A stretch of DNA of 64,000 nt, from positions 46,004,001 to 46,068,000 of the forward strand of contig NW_026262604.1 in NCBI RefSeq assembly GCF_021869535.1, written 5' to 3'. The stretch is from Mytilus californianus (lineage: Eukaryota). Both the position numbers and the translations under genes were made by a program. The notes beneath the pieces are model-generated. The model was not told where the DNA came from. It did not search any database and saw only the letters and a list, made by a program, of their open reading frames with translations. This document shows positions 60,169 to 64,000 of this stretch, in pieces; the first letter of the stretch is position 1, and every line of letters starts with the position of its first letter.

Positions 60169-62961
60169 TGTAACAGTAACATATGTTTGACTTTTATTTT
60201 GTACAAAACAAGTATACAACATTTACCAGAAAAACTGATTTTGGTTTATTTTTACTTTGATACAATTGAACATTTAATATCATCCATAAATAGTTTGCTG
60301 CTTAAAGATGAAAAAAATAAAATGCACTCAGCTCGTTAATAAAAACTCAGCTGTTCCGATCGTAATAAAATAAAACTTATATTTTTTTAATCAATTGACT
60401 GACTTCAGGCAAGTTTGGTTAGGGGATATATGAAAATATGTCTTAATACACACATCGTTTACAGCTATATGTCTTGATGCACACCACGTGTAGTTATTTT
60501 TGCATAACTATCTTTTTTTTCAACACTTATGGGATTTTTATGTAAGGTTTTACCTGTAAATAAATACATGTTATAGGTAAGTTTGTAGCATGTGTCACCT
60601 TTGAAAGATTGAATAAGAAATAAACATTGTACATTTATACTTGCTTTACCTCGCAATTTGCTTAATTTGTTTTGTTTCTTGTGATGTCTGTTTGCTTTAA
60701 CTGACTTGTAGATATGTAGTATGAAAGAATAAATTTTCTGTTCCTATTCACAACTTAGGTACTCTTTACACAATCTTTCTCGTGACCTTCAACAGTTGTG
60801 TTTTTTTTTCTGGGGCTGTTTTAAAAGTTTTATAACTTTCTTGATAGAGGGTCATACATCGATTAGAGTCAGTTCTACGACACTAAACTAGGTATTTGAA
60901 TGTTACCTTTCGATACAAAACGATGACCATGCTTCCACATCGAGAGACTATCTAAGATTTTATTAAATTGTAATGATTTATAAGCAGACATGAAATATAT
61001 TTGATGAAACTTGAATTACAAAAGATGGAAAACATGCAGTGACAACATGTTATAAGAGATAGACAGATACACATGAGCCAGCAAGTACGTTTGATGAAAA
61101 GGGGGGCGTTATTTTCCATAATGTTAAAAAAAATGCCAAGAGCAGCACAGTCAAATATATTTTTTTATATACCAAAATCTTATTGGTGTTTGGTGAAGAG
61201 GGGCGCACGCTCTTTACGTCGCAACCTCATGATTCTGCCATTTGGTGGTTTCAAATTTTTAACCCTTCACATCTATATCACTAGCGCATAATTATACAGA
61301 AGTTACAAACACAACTAGCACATCGGCTCTATTGCGACGACATTTACACCAAATCTATATAATACCACATGCAACAACGTGTGCACACCTTTACAGGAAT
61401 AATGACAAGTGAAGTGTCCGTGTTTATTTCTTTATGTAGAGGTCGTGAACTTCTAGACCGGTCATGTGATTGCTCTGTATGATTTGATAAGCTGTTATAG
61501 GGCAAAAGATCTAAACCTAAAAGTGATAAAACTTCAGCGAAGAGATTTTCTATGATATTTTTGAATAATGAAAATTACAAGCTGTAAAAATTACTCAATA
61601 TCAATATAACAATGCGATTTGTCAAAATTAGTGTTTTTAGCCAAATAGAATAATACGTTGTCAAAACATCGTCAAACGGTGAGGTGCACAATTCCAACAA
61701 GATCGAAAGTACGAGCGTTTTGAAATGTTTTGTTATTTAATATAGCTTTTAATGACAATTTTGGGTATTGATGTAAAATGCCATACTACAGTATGATAGA
61801 TTTTATTCAGTCCTAAAATCTATGATAGAACTATTGAAGTTAATTGATTGCTTGGTGAGAAAAGAAAGTCTTGATTTGTAAGTTAATGACAAGAATATTA
61901 AGATATTTAAGTGCACTTTAAAACAGTCAATACGTAAACCAACTAAGGAAAAGAAACTCCATAAAAGAGATTCAATGGTACATTACCATTAAGAAAAGGG
62001 AAGTTAAATCTAAGGAAATCAATGAATCCTTGTCAAAATTTCTCGAAGTCAATATACAGTCTTCAACATTTGACAAATATATATACAAACAAGAGGCGTA
62101 AGATGCCATAGAATATCCAAACTCATAAGTTGATCACAAACTAAAAACTCTATAACAAGAAAAGAAAAACAATTAAAAACACCCGGAAACAAAACACAAC
62201 ATAGAAAAAAACGAAAGACTGAGCAACACTAACCATAACACAAATCGGTGGTGGTCTCAAGTGATTCGAAAAGGTAAGCAAATCCTGCTCCATAAATGTC
62301 ACGCTATAAATCGCTCAGAGTCTATATCAAGTTATAAATAAACAGATTAAAAAACATCTATCTGCCATCGGCACCAATTTCTCCAATAACCAAAAAACAT
62401 ATGAATATTGACGAACAACAACCACTTGTCAGATTGGCGGATTTAAAAACAATTTGAGATCTCAATTCCCCCTTTCCTTCTCCTTTTAACTTCTAAAGTA
62501 TACGTTCCTAATTTCACGGGAAAAAACAATGTTCGTAATAACAATAAAACTATAGATATTATGGACTCAATAATTCAATAAAAATTCTTTTTTCCGTATT
62601 TCTGGTTTATTGGCATCTCTCAAATACTGTCGATTTATTATCTATGTTTTATGTTTCTGGCGTTTATGCTCTGTTTCGTCATATTTTGAGCCCATTGTTC
62701 TCTATTCTCTATATTGAAGCGTCCTTATATTATATATTTCTTATTTTTGTTTGTCAATTGTTTCCTATTCTTTCTTTATTTGGCACATTATTATTTCTTA
62801 TGGTAACCCCATCCAGATCCTCATGTATGTATTTTTTCCACCGGACAATTAACATATCCCTGTAATGAATATAGCGTACCAAGTTTGTAAGATGCTACTA
62901 GGTAGGACATCTTAACAGTGACCAAAATATGCATGTTTTCAAATCTTAGGACAAAGGAATC

Positions 62962-63220
62962 CAACTCAATTAAGTTTAGGCTTGCCGACATGTTTAACCC
63001 CACAATATCATGCATGCTCCCCGCCCCAACTCAATTAAGTTTAGGCTGCCTGACATGTTTAACCCCACAATATCATGCATGCTCCCCGTTCCAACCCAAT
63101 TAACTTTAGGCTCGCCGACATGTTTAACCCCATAATGTCATGCATGCTCCCCGCTACAATTCAATTAAGTTTAAGCTTGCCGACATGTTTAACCCCACAA
63201 TATCATGCATGCTACCCGCT
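62962..63220. repeat. 65-bp tandem repeat x4
   Basis: CAACTCAATTAAGTTTAGGCTTGCCGACATGTTTAACCCCACAATATCATGCATGCTCCCCG at 62962, 63027, 63092 and 63157. It is single-copy in the paralogous spacer at ~36764. Confidence 0.9.
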
Positions 63221-64000
63221 TTTTTTTAAAGTGTTTCACATTTTGTAATCCTAAGGCCTTTAACAGCTTACTTTACGGACGATTTTTAAAGACTGTACGG
63301 AAACCTGTAGTTGTTTGTACCCTGATCATTTAGTGTTTAATGAATAATTGACTATTTCGCAATCATACTACATCTCCTTATTTTATATTAATCGTTCTAT
63401 ACGTCCACACATGTTTGATTGTTGTGCATGTTCGCTTAATTTGTAATAGATGATGATTTAACTTATTCTAGTTCTAACCAGTTTCATTCGGAAACAAACC
63501 ACGTGCAGTCAACATTGTCAAGGCCAGGCGAAGTTGTAATAATATAATCATGACTTCATACCGGATTTGCTTTGAAGGAAAACACGATAAGTTCAAACTA
63601 ACATTTAAAACTATTCTAAGTATACATTACAGACTGTGCATGGATTTCTGTTTCACATTTTATGAATGTATAATAATGACTTTAACAATTGTGATTTTCG
63701 TTTAATCCTGTCTTTGCTCAGTCAGTTAATATATAATTGTATTAATAACATTGGAAGTTAAATCCGTTGATCGAAGTTGTATTGCTCTGCTGTAAACTCC
63801 AACAATCAGTCATGTGGTCACTTCTACTCTGCTACGCAACTCTTGATTTATCTAATGATTTAAACGCGTGCAAAAATATTTAAAGCGGCTGAATTTTCAT
63901 ATTAAAAAAAAGACATCTCTCCGTTTTTCCTATTTACGTCGGGTATAGCTCAACTCTGTGTTTTTCTGCTTTTTATGACGTTGTTTTACGACTCTATTAT

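Overview
This is AT-rich eukaryotic DNA, probably from a bivalve such as Mytilus (inferred from repeat families, not verified). Bases 1-13.4 kb are a transposon graveyard. They hold a gag relic, a near-perfect 1.43-kb tandem duplication, a fragmented CR1/L2-type LINE with a degenerate 2A-like motif and nested insertions, a decayed Tc1, and a 1.13-kb fold-back inside a probable IS3EU-type element. From about 13.4 kb to the end lies a tandem array of intronless, signal-peptide-less serpins in 6-10 kb units. Two copies are intact at 386 aa (25239, 59008), four are pseudogenes (14731, 31038, 39893, 48975), and two are orphan reactive-centre-loop (RCL) remnants (26631, 32115). The RCLs are hypervariable and appear to be shuffled between copies. 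Two different tyrosine-recombinase (YR) retrotransposons sit in the array. One is a young, apparently intact PAT-like element with split direct repeats (15246-20449), inserted in the serpin NAIYFKG codons. Its ATG-less YR ORF can be joined in frame to gag by a consensus splice. The other is a decayed DIRS1-like element with ITRs and an ICR (41964-45801). A Tc1, a tRNA-derived SINE and several hairpin MITEs are also present. Copies are labelled A (14731), B (25239), B' (26631), C (31038), C' (32115), D (39893), E (48975) and F (59008).
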